Numbered from the whole stretch's first letter, positions 11,075 to 24,192 are shown. The stretch: 62,909 bases of DNA, filler included, from Reticulomyxa filosa (GCA_000512085.1; 23 parts of 23 records of this genome joined end to end with filler, not necessarily neighbours in it); one strand, 5' to 3'. Numbers and translations are program-made. Notes: generated by a model from the letters alone, not told the origin.

Positions 11075-14000
11075 ATGCTGACTTTCACTTTTACACCAAT
11101 AACAATTATTTCAGAAAACTCAAAGAAAAGACCAGCAATTGTTGATGCAAATATTGTCGTATTTAATGATCCCAGATTAAAGGACGTAAAGAAACAGATA
11201 CAACTGAAGCTTCCCTCAGATGGTGTCAATACGATCACACTAGATACAACTGACGAAGCGGTTTGATAACTTTATATTTTTTGTATGGCTTGATAAAAGT
11301 CTTTGGCTATCAAAGGAATTGAACAATACAATGACAAATTAAAATAAATTCAAGATAGAAAGAATTATTACTAAATTCTTTATGCAATCCATGGGAATTT
11401 TTATTGGGGAATAACAATAGTGAAAAGTTCTTACAATGTGGAAAATTTGAATTAAATTTAATAGATTTTTTGAAAGGTGAAACTGAAAAAGATTTTCTGA
11501 GTTTGCCCGTTACTTGCAGTGAACCAAATATCATAGTAACTACATGTGTGTCGGTAAAATCACAAAATTTATTATCGGATTTTGAAATCGACAATCAGAT
11601 ATTTTTAACCATTTGCATTCAAAAATTGTTAAACGTTCCACTGGCATGGACAACAAATTTGTGCATTCTCAACAACAAAAAAAGTTAGTTTATAACTTTA
11701 TTTTCAATACATAAACCATATTAGACAGGTCTTTTTTGGTCTCTGAAAAAAGAATGTTTTTTATAAAGGAGATGTTAAAGTAATAAAAAAACTTTCATAT
11801 CAATAAAAATATTAACAAAAATGTTTATGCTGGAATGAAGCTACAGAACAAACAAATTCAAATCGCCGAAACAGCCAACTATCATACAACAATGACACAC
11901 AAGAACAAGGCCCATGTCAATGGCTAGAAGTTTCTTGGAACATTTTAGACGACGTTGTTGTATCTTTCCGGTGCGATCATACCTCTCAAGTTTAGTCAAT
12001 GATTCTTTAAAAGTCAGTCGTATCCTTTACTTTTTTTGCTTTGGTCCTGAGTTCAATATACTCCACCCTGCCTTTTTATCGAGAAACTTCATTTTACATA
12101 TAAGTTGGAGGCAAACATTTTCAGACTCCTTTTTTAAAAAATTCTTTCAAATCCCTTATTGTAAAATTGCTTTAAACTTATAACAACAACAAACTTCCCG
12201 ACCATCAGATTAATGCAGAAAATATCACCAATTGTTGTACCATTAATTCAAAAACATGCTTTCGTTTGAATACGTATGCACAGTGCAAATGGATGCAAAA
12301 TCGTGAAGCATTAAAAAAAACAGTTTTTTCAGTGACGTATAAAACAATTTTCAAAGAAGCGGAGTTACTTGCTCGACCTTGCACCCGCATTATATCCATA
12401 ACTGACTTGACTTCAATTTTGGATGAAAAAGAGCCATCCATTATCAACGGTATAACTGCACGTATATGTGTATACGTATATACATATATATTTGCATTAT
12501 TCCTTGCCTCATTTTTATTTCGAGTGCGTTTTGTCTGTCCTCGTCACAAAGCTGAAACAAAACAAAAAAACATTATCAATATCAGGCGAGTATACGTTTC
12601 AAGAGGATTTCACAGTACAAGTTGAACCGAAGGATACCGAAGTAATGAGTCAAGCTATTGATATCTCCGAAATGCGAGCCTGTGTGCAGATTTCAAGAAC
12701 TGCACCTTTTAACCCCTTTTTTCAAACAGTTCAAGCTATCATCTAAAAAAAAAAAAAAAGACAAATAGCATACGTATACCATTTTGCAAATCCTTTACGT
12801 ATACGTACCCATATATACATAAATAATATATTTATTGCCTTTCTTCCACAGAGCAGACTCAATGTCTCCACAGCTGCGCACGATACTTTGGAGTGTGATC
12901 AAACAGAGAAAACGGAGAAAAAGAAAGGAGGTATGTTTGTTATTGCTTATTCATGAATTTAATGAAGAAGTGGCACGACAAATACAACAGGTGCAAAGAG
13001 TGCAATACAATTGCTAGTCAGTGAAGTTTTAGATGAATACGTAGTTTTTACAACTTCAAGCGAGCAGATACTTGAGGAAAACAAAGTTACATATACGTAT
13101 ACATATATGTGTATGTATACGTATATGTACACATATATATGTAATGTAATTGTTGGAACATGGGATTAACACAAAATAAAATGTTTCGTGGTTGGCATTG
13201 CTACAGTTACAACAAGACTTTTCCCACCTGTTAACTGTGAGTGGAAAAGTTTGCAAATTGAAAGAACATATTTTCAAACCTTGGGTTATTGATTATATCA
13301 ACGCTCACAAGGATGATATTAATGTCAAAAAGAGTGACGGACTAGAGTTTATACTCTTCTTGCCTTTCTTGACCTCTTTTCTTATCTCTAGCTCCATCTT
13401 TTTTTTTTCCCTCCAAAAAAAAAAAAAAAGATTAGTTGTCTTACTTTTGGAGTTTTCAATCAACAGCAACAAAAAAATTTAGGAGTCTGTATGAAGATAT
13501 CTTGATAATGGGAAGAAACGCCGTAGAAAATGAACTGCAAAGTAGATATGCTCGTACAATTGAAAATCTCATGGAAATGGCCACCAACAAAGAAAAAGAA
13601 AGAGCATCACAAGAAAAGAGGAGAAAGGTTATCTTTGAAAATCATTGCAGATTGGGACTCAACTTCGTATCAGTGGATAATTTTGAACGAGCCATTTTAT
13701 TTTTTTCAAGGTTTTTTTTTTTTTTTTTTTTTCAAAACATATATACCATTATAATGATATGATATAATACATTATAGAAAGCGTGTACAGCTGGAAAGCT
13801 AGAGTGGAAGTATGTCCATGTGTACGTACAGGCTCTCCTTAATATGGGTAACACAGCTGAAGCGGTCACTATATTGAAAGACTACACGTCACAGATTTCA
13901 AATCACCAATCTTGGTACTAATGTTTTTTTTTTTCAACTCTTTATTTTTCCTCCTGTCCAATATATTCATATATGTGTATATACATATATAAATATATGT

Positions 14001-15554
14001 TAATGTGTATACGTAATATAAAAGCTTAGAATTGTTAGCATTAATTTTGTGCGAAAGCATGATTTTCAATGATGCAAAAATTGTAGTTTATCAACTTTCA
14101 AAACTGTTTCCAAGCGTTTGGACTGTTTATCTAATCAGAGTGAAGTGTTATTTACATGCTCTGTTTTTTTGTTTAAGTATACGTATATATGATGGTAAAT
14201 CTAAAAATAAAAAAAATAAAAAAAAAATAAAAAAAGTAGGCATTGATTTTGAAATGATTGGAGATAAATTGCGACATAACGTAGCATGGAGAAATGCTCT
14301 ATTGTTGGTGTCACAGAGGGAATCAAAACAAGACAGTACACAGACAGAGGAGCGAAAGGAATGGCAAATAACGTTGTTAGACGCGATTACGATATGGACG
14401 CAGTACAACTTGAAAAGAGTGTGCCAACTCGCCTACGATTTGTATTGCCAGCACTCTACAAACGACGAGAGTGCAAACAAAGAATCGGAGCCAGTTGTTC
14501 TCCAAGGAGATGCAGACAAGAACAACAAAAAAACAGTTAAAGAAACTCCGAGTCAAGTTGTACATGAAACAAGTACAAGCCTAAATCGGCCAATTGAAAT
14601 AATCAGTGCAGAAAATTTTCTTCATGCTCGAGTACTTTTATTGCATCGAGGAGAAGAAGAAAGAGCACGTGCTTTGGCGTTGATTGAAAACACCATTCAA
14701 ACAAATGCAGGACAGCCCAAAGATTATGCGCTGAAAGGACATATTCATTTTAAGCAATGCAACTTTGCAGCTGCAAAGGCCTGCTACAGCGTATATTTAC
14801 AACTATGCGGTATGGTGCTAAGTTATATCATTTCTTTCGTGGAAATGATTTTGAAAGCTGATGTTGTTTTGTTGTATCTATATACATTACTTACTTACTC
14901 TTTTGCAGACGCTTGTCAGACAACTGATAAAGCAGCTGTATATCGTCTGGCTTCTATCTTTTCAAGTGAAGGAGATGTTCGAAATGCTTTGCCTATATTA
15001 TTGAAAGTTCAACCGCTCATCTTCAAATGTTTTTTGCAAATGAATCAGCAAAATTATTTAAAACTTTTTTTGACGCCTTTTTAAAACAGGGAATTGAACA
15101 AGATCAACAAAACTGGATACTTTGGATTGAATGTGCAAATTGCTACTATCAACTGCAAAGTTATAAAAAAGCTCTGTTGTGCTTTAAAGTGTGCAATCGT
15201 TTGGATAATGAAGACATATATACATGGTTAATGTTGGCAATGAGCGCAATTGTCCAGGTATGATGAAAGTTGCTATTTAAAACTTTTAATTTTTGTTGCT
15301 TGAAATTCTATTTATTTTTTGAAACTGATCTTGTTTCCTCGAAGCCAATTACGTACACATTTTTTGTTTAACAGAATTCAGTAGATGAATCTATCAAATA
15401 TATTCAAGTCATAGAAAAAATTGGCTTCAATTTATTAAACAACAATTGTATTAATCTAATGAAACAACTCTCAAGAAGGCTCGTTACAAGTGGACACCGA
15501 GAGATTGGAACATACTTTTTGACAAAACTTGAATTAATGACCAATTGTCACTAA
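11075..15554 (+). CDS. CFAP70: CFAP70 (TTC18)-like cilia/flagella-associated TPR protein, multi-exon
   Basis: A chain of + strand exons with GT-AG introns ends at TAA 15552-15554. Recalled CFAP70-like segments: CGKFELNLIDFLKG, LLTVSGKVCKLKEHIFKPWV, YALKGHIHFKQCNFAAAKACY, AVYRLASIF and LWIECANCYYQL...CNRLDNEDIYTWLMLAM. The start codon is uncertain. Confidence 0.7.
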
Positions 15555-18500
15555 ATTCAATATTTATATTATGACATATTTGACAACATACTTTGCTTTA
15601 AATAATTTTCATTAAATTATAAACGAAAAACGTCTTGTTGTCACTTTGAACATTTGCGAATACCTTTGTGCAGGAAATTTCTTCAGCAATTCGGGAATAT
15701 AAATTTTCTCCTTCAAAGCTTTGAAAACAACGAATACGACAAATGATGCAACATAAAAAAATAAAAAATCTGGAACTAGACCCTTTTTGAGAAACTCTTC
15801 AATTTATCATAATTTTGTTTTGTTTTTAATAAAAAAATACACCTTTATTATTTATTTGTTAACTTTATGATAATTCAATTATTTATCAAATCAAAATAGC
15901 TCAATCAATGAAAGTAAAAGGGAAGCGTAGTTCAACTTTTTTACTTTTGACAGTGTAAACGTAAGTTTTGTGCCAGTTTCACTGGCTTTTGTTTGAATTT
16001 GTCACACTTTCGATCATTGCGTGAGTGGTAAGCAACTCTTGCAGTTTCGACTTGTCTTTGTCTGAGCAGTTTGAACAACAGTCTAGCTCTTATGTAACTC
16101 TATCAAATGTATTGGGCAGACGTTAATGTTACGTGATGACCTGTTTTTAAAATTATCACTTTGAAATGAAGGAGCCATGATCAAATATAATCAGGCTGAA
16201 AAAATGTTGTCTTATTTCCTTTAAGAAAAAAAGAGATGCGGTTCCTTATTCTTCTCCATCACAAAATTAATTGTTTATTCTTATTTTCGTGCTGTCCCAC
16301 AAATAATCAATCAACTCTTTACCATGTTTGATTGAAAATAAAAATGAAATACTTTGATTTTTTGTTTTCCAATGTACTTTGTTCATACGACGTGTGCTTT
16401 TTTTTTTGAGAAAATACAATCCAGTCCTGCAAAAGGATAAATTTGATATTGAGTGAATGTAATGAATTTTCAAATTATATTCGTTTGCATTATTTTTCAA
16501 TGTCAACAATTGGGACTGCAAATTATTTAAAGTGATTTCATTATGCTTGCATTGACCAGAAGTTGACAAAAACTCGAAATTGCGTGACATATCACGTTTC
16601 TTACAGTCTATTTAGGAGCTCGTTTTGTCCTCTTTCGTAAAAAAAAAAAATAATACGCTAACTTCGATAGTCCACTTAATTTTTTGTTTTTTTTCATTCA
16701 TGTTGTTGGAATACTTATCCTGGCTGACATTATATCAAAAGCAAACAACATGTTTAAAAACATCTAAAGTTTAAAGAAATTCTCACTTTTAAAAAATACT
16801 TGGCAATGAGCGACGTGAATGAAGCAGCGCTTATGTTGCAAATTCTTTCAGCGATCAACAATATCATCTTTAATTCATCATTTATAATAGTCAAACGACA
16901 GATAATAATAGATTTCTCTATATGATAAGACTTTTCTTGGTTAATCAAGACCAAACTTGATGAAAACAACACAGATACTTTTGTAATTGTTTTTACTTCT
17001 AAAGCTGTGCGCATTGACTTCACAACAACTGTCTTCACTTTGCTGTACAGCTCCATGACAGGAAAAAAAATAAAAAAACTGGAACTACGTTCCCCATTGT
17101 CACTTGTTGATTTAATTCATTTTTTTATATTTTTTTGATTTCATAAAAACAAATAAATAACACAATAACTGACTTACTTGATCAATATTTGATTAAAAAA
17201 AAACATTTTTGATTTCTTTGAATAAAACTTGTCATTTTTAAAAACAGGTTCAAAAAAAAATAAAAAATGACCCACAATTCGAACAAAATGACCCACAATT
17301 TTTTAAAAAAATCTTTTTTTTTCTTTTACGATTACGTTTCCAAGTAGAGTAATTATGCGACAGAAAAGATTATGTATGAACATATTTGTTATTTTAAAAA
17401 AGTGATAACTAGTTATTTATTGTATTTATATTGTTTTGTGGCTAGATTAGACTTTGTGGCTGTGTTCAATATTGAAACGCAGACCAATTTCTACAAATTC
17501 TCATTGACGATAGAAACTACACATAACATCAAAATAAGCCAAACACAAATTGATTATGTTTTCTCTTTTTTACTCCATATCCAAAAAATAAGTACATATA
17601 CTACGTAAAGCTACAACCAGGATATCTTTACAAGAACACATAAGCCAAGTTATTAATTTCACATCTGACAAAAGGATCGCTTGGACATGAACAAGATCAA
17701 TATTTGGAATTCAATTCAAATTAATTTCATCAACATTTACAAGTTATATCTTTTTTTCTTTGCTGAAGACGTCCACATTCATTGATATGATCATCAAACA
17801 TTACAAAAATTCATCTCAATCAGAGATTATTGCTTTTGATCGAAGTTGTTGTATCGTTTTGATTATACTTTTTAATGAAGTTTATGCCTTGTAAAAAAAA
17901 ATTGAATATAATGTTGCTTTTATTCCATCTGATATTACTAGTGATTTGATACAAGGAATTCTTGCAATTGTGTTCACTGTCCTGTTTTTTGACACTTCTC
18001 TCCACTCCATGGCCATGAACAAAGTTGTTGTAGTGAGATGTACTAGAATGAATGTGTTTGATGGTAGAATACAACTTTTGAGAAATACGAGAAAAGTTGG
18101 TGGTTGCAATAGTAAATTTTCTTAAAGAAGGTTCCCTGCCAAAAGGAAAAAGTGATTGGACTGCATGAATTCACAGTATAAAAAAATAGTATGTCAGATT
18201 GATTTGTGACAAACGCAAACATTTGTTATTGCATGTGATAATTTTTGGCGACAGTGATTATCTGTTCCCTTAGTTTGTTGACAAAAAGAGCTTCGATCAT
18301 GCTTTTCATTCAAAAGTTTTAGATTAATCACTTGGCTCATTCGGCAACACTATTGCTGTTACTCAAGTCATTTTGAGAGATCTTATTACAATGATTTTGA
18401 TATAATACATTTTACAATCTTCTCACGTATTGTCTGGGATATCACACAATAGTAATCATAGAACAAAAATTATTTTACCGCGTTATGGAAATCATCTCAA

Positions 18501-19303
18501 TTAATGTCATTCTCGATAGCTTGCATTTGCTTCTTTGCTTTTTTTCATTGTCTCATTTTTTTTGTTTGTGATTGCAAGTCAGATGATGAGAAGAGATCAT
18601 ATGAGTTTGCCCGAACAAAAGCGTAACTGTATATATATTTGGTACTCACATGTACACATGATTTGTAAAGGAGTAAAAGTATGTGCTTTTGAACACGTAT
18701 GATATGGAGACTGGACTTATGCTTTGTTCTGAGGAAATTTGTTGTAAATTTATTGTCATCAATAAAAATTAAAGACTTAATAAATATATGTTTTGTCCTT
18801 GCGACAGAAGAAAAAGCTAAACTGAGAAAAGACAAAATGATTAAGTAAGATTCGTCAATTGGTATAATTCAACTTAGATTCTTTTAGACTTGTTTACAAA
18901 CCAAGGCATTACAGATAAAAAAATTAAAAAAATGGAACCACGCCTTTTTTGTGTTTAATATTTTTCAGCAGAATTTTAGTTTCAGCTATTTTTTTTTGAA
19001 GATCTACTTCTTTTGCACGTTTTGAAAGATTTTTAAGTCCAGTGTTGAAAAATTTCATTATAAGTGAAAAAACAAAGTAAATAGACTGACTACATGTTGT
19101 TTAATTTTTGTTTAAGAAGTTCGATTCGCTGAACAACTTCGTTATGCGATTTTTTGATTTTGTCCTTGTTTTTTTTTTTGTATAAAGAATAAACAATAAG
19201 CAANNNNNNNNNNNNNNNNNNNNNNNNNNNNNNNNNNNNNNNNNNNNTTAATTAATTAANNNNNNNNNNNNNNNNNNNNNNNNNNNNNNNNNNNNNNNNN
19301 NNN

Positions 19304-19522
19304 TACAGCCTTGCAAAATTTTAAAAAATCATTTGAAAGAATGATATTTTTCTCCAACCTAAAAAAAAGTTATTCAAAAGTCAATATCATATTTAAAAAC
19401 TACAAGACTCGTAGATATTTTTTTAAAAAAAAATTAGCTTTAAATGTTTATTTTTCATTAAGAAAATCTATCATCTTCATAAGGTGGTATTTTCAGTGTT
19501 CAGTTTTTTTTGCAACCTACTG
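19304..19522 (-). mobile_element. Right end of the same MITE family (...GCAACCTACTG|TA), starting at contig edge
   Basis: 19385-19470 matches 9640-9726 directly and continues to an intact ACTG|TA terminus at 19522. Confidence 0.75.
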
Positions 19523-20031
19523 TATGAACAAGTTGTTATTCCAAGTCGAATCAGGTTATGTTAGAATTTCAAAAAAATAGAGTTAGTTGAGAAAGATAAA
19601 TCTATCAGCATTAAAAAATTTGGAGAAGTTCGTTCAAGAATCTTAACGAGCAATACAAATAAATAAGTTATAACAGTTCTCGATACAAATGGCATTCACA
19701 AACTTGCACTTTTTTGTCGCTACATTGGCAATACTCACAAAACTGTACTTTTGTTACATTGGAATGACAGCCTTCTTACTTTCAAATTTATCTCCACTAT
19801 TTTTATTTTGTAATTTTAAACAAAATCACTTGAACTGTTGTTGCTGACGTGACATTGAAAGGAGTAGTGTTGTGATTGTTTCATCTTTTTTACGCCAAAA
19901 CGAAAAAATACTCCTTTTTTTTACAGTTTTTTTTCCTACTCCAAAAAAACGGAGTGAAAAAACTAAAAAAACTTGTTATATACTTTTCTCTGGTTTTTTT
20001 TGTCTGGTTTTTTTGTCTAAGCTATTTATCA

Positions 20032-21170
20032 ATGCTTGAACAAGACTTTCCCAAGGTGGAAAAAGAGATAATTTCAAAAGTGTTAACTTATTTGCCCGAA
20101 GATGACGCAAGACTTGTTTTGACGTGGATAATGGAGAATCAGTTATGTTTTTTTTAAAATAATATTAAAAAAAAAATATTACATATAATTGATAACAGGT
20201 TTTATGAAAATAACAAGCTGAACCAACTGCAGCAATTAATGTATTTAATTGAATGTTTTGGAACTAAAGTTGGCGCCTTAATATTATTGCAAGAATGGGA
20301 AAAAAATAATCAAATTTGCCATGACACATTTCTGATACTAAGAGAAATTTGTTTGAATTCCATGTTAAAAAATGTTTTATTATTCAATTTATTACTATTG
20401 AAAATAAGCAATATTTTTGATACTAAATATACAAATATATAAAGATTAGAAGAAAGCAACGAACATAAAATAATAAGGGAAATGTGCTTATCTATATTAG
20501 GGAAGATGTTGAAATATCACAAGTGCATTAAATATAGACAAATTAATACTAAAAAATTATATGATAATTTACAATCGAAATGTCAACAATTAAATGAAAA
20601 TATTCATAAAATATTTACAATTATGCAAACGTCTTTACAAGAATTTGGATTCGAAAAATATAGTGATAATAATTGGTATTATTTAAATTATGATGATACA
20701 TTACCAAAATTGTGGGAATGTTATAAAAAATGGATTAAAAAACAAAGCATGTATTATTTGTATTATTTGTTTGTCCTTTTGTTTATAATAAATAAAAATA
20801 TGTTACATAGATATCAAACAAGGGAAAGTGTAAGAGCAGCTTACGTGTTATCAAATAAAAAATGGAAATATTATGAAATTGCATTTGATTATGATAATCG
20901 AACAATAATGTTATTTGATACAAATAAGTCCAAAATAAAATGTTTACAAGTTGGAAATCCAAACAAATCATCACTGGAATTCAATGTTCATATTCGATAT
21001 TTCAATGATATTGACATTCATGAAACATGTACCAAATGGGCTTGTCTCATTCTTAATCATACTTGGCGCTTCCGCACAATGAGTTTCATGGACAGAGATT
21101 GTTTATCAAATTGCTGTGCGGTTAATCATCAAATGGAATATATGTATATATATATTTTAATTATTTCTCA
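20032..21170 (+). CDS. Expanded-family protein with CUE-like N-terminus and PUB-like domain; multi-exon, 3' partial
   Basis: MLEQDFPKVEKEIISKVL is CUE-like (FP motif). ILGKMLKYHKCIKYRQIN...LQEFGF matches the PUB-type KYRxI and xGF motifs. Several short introns. Confidence 0.5.
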
Positions 21171-21270
21171 NNNNNNNNNNNNNNNNNNNNNNNNNNNNNN
21201 NNNNNNNNNNNNNNTTAATTAATTAANNNNNNNNNNNNNNNNNNNNNNNNNNNNNNNNNNNNNNNNNNNN

Positions 21271-22400
21271 GATTCCAGACCAAGACACTAGCTGGGGGGA
21301 AAGGGTTATTAAAGTTCACAAGTGCGATTTCGCGGAGTAGGGATAACTTTACACGCGATCTACAATCAGAAAAACATCTACCTCACGATGTGATAGGAGG
21401 TCATAGTGATAAACACCATATGGTTTCCAGGTAGAAAATTTTTCTTCATACATTGACTTCCATTTGGGAAGCATATAGATTAGCATAAGAACATGCTAAT
21501 TAAGGGCTTTCATTCGTTAGCAGACATACGTGAATGGCAAACTTATGGACCGGGCGTCGCCATATCACTACATTGCATGTTACAATATATAAGCAATCTT
21601 CATTCCAACCAAAAACAGCTCATGTTAGCTAGGGGGTCACCAAAAAACACTTATGCGCTATTAAGTTAATATAATGAGTATAGGGCGATAATATGTAGCA
21701 TAAGTCTGAAGACCACCTTAGTTGCGGGGCTGGAGGGGAAGTTGGAAACAGTATGCTCTTTTAGCTAGTAGCGAGTTTACTCAGCGAAGGGACGCAGATT
21801 ATACTAGACATACGCGTTCCTAATTGCATAGCAACTGTATGTTTATAGTATTTTGGTCCTCTTCATGGATAGGAAGGAGAAGGAGCTAGTGAAGGGTAGG
21901 ATACCCAACTAAAAGATGCTATATCAGCGAGACGTGTTACCGCAGGAAAGTAAGTAGACTACCATTTGTGGGATGGCGAAAACGGTATCACATATCAAAG
22001 ATAGCATCCGCAAACTAGCTCCTATATGCTCGGCCTACTTGCAAAGACCGAACGCGCGAGGTAGCACCTTGGCTGTTGTGATGTAAGCTCAGCATAGGTC
22101 GATCTACCGCTAGTAGCCCCAGAGTATTGTCTCAGTAGCTGGGGAGAAGCATTTCTGCCTACTAGTCACACGGGATACTATAAACAACGACCCTTGCGAT
22201 AGTAATAGTAGAGATATGTAGGAGTATAGCCTGATATCATGTCCTCCGCTAAGGCTATGGTGCACAAAGGGTGATATGCACGTTAGGTATTGCTGTGTTC
22301 GAAAGCAAATACACTTAACTGTTAACACCCGGGAACCTGACCCTACCGAAAGTCCTAAAGCAGCGTTGGACAGAAGTGGAGACCCAAGGGACTCCAATTA
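21271..22400 (+). ncRNA. Candidate large structured non-coding RNA (~1.13 kb), class unknown
   Basis: Markedly higher GC than the flank, no long homopolymer runs and no credible ORF. Dense nested helices, e.g. AGGAGCTAGT 21881-90/ACTAGCTCCT 22014-23 enclosing GATGCTAT/ATAGCATC and GTGTTACCG/CGGTATCAC. G-U pairs indicate the + strand. Confidence 0.6.
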
Positions 22401-22920
22401 AACACAAGAACAGGTGAACTTAGGGATATTAAAAGATTTACAGAAAGTTATAATATTTATTTTAATCTTTATTATTAAAAACAGATTTAAATGATATCAA
22501 ATGGGAATTTTCAAAAAAAAAAAAAAGTGGTAAGCTTTCCCGGTACATACATGCAAAATTATTGATGAATTAAAAATACATAAATCAATGATTTATAAAA
22601 TCGGGAAAAAAAATATAAAATTACGTTCTTTTTTTTAGTATTCTATAAATTATTGTAATTAAAAAAGTTTGTGAATATGGTAGGCTACTGTTTTATTTTA
22701 AAATATCATTTTTTCCTTTACAAATTTGCGTGGTCAGTTATTACAGAGCAATATACTGTTTTTTTGTTTGGAGTGTCAAGCTTTTTTACTGTTGTTAGTA
22801 CATCTCGAACGGAATATGAGNNNNNNNNNNNNNNNNNNNNNNNNNNNNNNNNNNNNNNNNNNNNTTAATTAATTAANNNNNNNNNNNNNNNNNNNNNNNN
22901 NNNNNNNNNNNNNNNNNNNN

Positions 22921-22958
<38 letters not shown>

Positions 22959-22971
22959 GTCAAAACTAAAC

Positions 22972-23593
22972 TGGAATAGTGTCACCCACAGTCAAGGCAG
23001 AATAGCTTCGCAAAGTGTTTTCCAACACAACCCTAGGATTGTTCAGCATGGCGAATTTGGTTTCATGTGCTTGAAACTCCACAAATTGGCCTTTGGATAA
23101 ACTCACTGTCTCTAGCTCCACCATGCTGCTGCCTGAGGGGTCCAATCCCAAGTTGTCCATCATCCACAGTGGCAAATACACATTCCCTTCTTCTGCTGTA
23201 AACTCCAGCACACTACAATGCGACTTCTTTGGCAATACGTCACTGTCATGCGTTATCCGAAACATTATTGGAAATGACACTTGCAGTCGACTCACCTGTT
23301 CCAGCACACTTCCCGGCACCACTATTTTATCACCTAATTTTTTTTTTTTTTTTTTGGTATACATATATTATGTATGTATATTCATAGGTATGTACATATG
23401 CGAATATGCTAATAAGGTTTGTAAGTTGTCTTTTTTTTTTTAAAAAAAAAAACACACCTTTTTCCAGTTTGTCACGATTTTCAGAATTCCAGAAAGCCGG
23501 AGAATAGGCATGAAATTTCCCTTTGAATGGACCTTGTGGGATTCGCTCAGTTGGCAGTGCTGCTCCAAATATGCCTTCAAGGAGACTTCTCAT
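22972..23593 (-). CDS. UFD1: Ubiquitin fusion degradation protein 1; exons 23593-23458 and 23333-22972, 3' partial
   Basis: G|GDKIVVPGSVL...FPIMF...HCSVLEFTAEEGNVYLPLWMMDNL...NPRVVLENTLRSYSALTVGDTI is the canonical UFD1 N-domain. Phase-1 GT-AG intron. Confidence 0.95.
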
Positions 23594-24192
23594 CTTTTTT
23601 CTTTGCTTGGAACTTGCTTAACTTCTTTTTTTTGTTGTTGTTTACTTTTTTACAAGTTCAACGTTTTGTTGTGCCAACCCGAAAGAGATAAAATTACAGT
23701 ACAAATAACTCAACTCCAAGTGGTTTGCTCAAATGCAAACAGATGCAATAATATTTAATATTCTTTGACCCGAACGCTTAGTGAGAGGCCCTTGTAGCTT
23801 CAAGTTAATTTTTTCAACCAGTTTTTTTACTCAGTTGTGTGAAATTTTTTGTTTCACTAATCAAGCAAGATGTCTCATAAAGAAAATTTTACTATAATTC
23901 TGCATCAAGTCTATTGACTAGTTATTGTGAAAAGAAGAAGTAATTTGTATTTTATTTAAGTCACTGTAGAAAGACAAATGAGTGATATATTTATTATTAC
24001 TTAAAGATAAAAAAAATTCAATTAAATATTTGAATTTGCTGTTTTTTGTTTTGTAAAGGGGCTGTTCAAATCCCTTTTTTTTAGAAGAAAGTAAAAATTA
24101 TTTAACGTTAATAGAAGGTATGTAGCAAAATGTATTTGCTTTTTACAAAATATTTACAAAAAGATGCTTCCACAGTATATATATAATAAATA

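Noticed and set aside
17265-17302. Direct repeat AAAATGACCCACAATT x2
   Set aside because: Only two copies with a short spacer. This is a local duplication, not CRISPR-like.
17600-18200. Possible decayed coding or transposase sequence on the minus strand
   Set aside because: No motif that I can assign with confidence.
21706-21749. CTGAAGA...GAAA hammerhead-like core
   Set aside because: Stem II does not close next to the core, and these bases fit better into the long 21603-21747 arm.
21322-22346. GTGCG start and GACCCTAC end suggesting a group II intron
   Set aside because: No recognisable domain V upstream of the putative end and no flanking exons. Kept only as a hypothesis for cmscan.
22110-22397. 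95-aa reverse ORF with GVP..SPLLSNAAL, reminiscent of the group II RT motif PQGxxxSPLL
   Set aside because: The QG core is missing, there is no YADD and no other RT motif is present. It lies antisense to the structured region.
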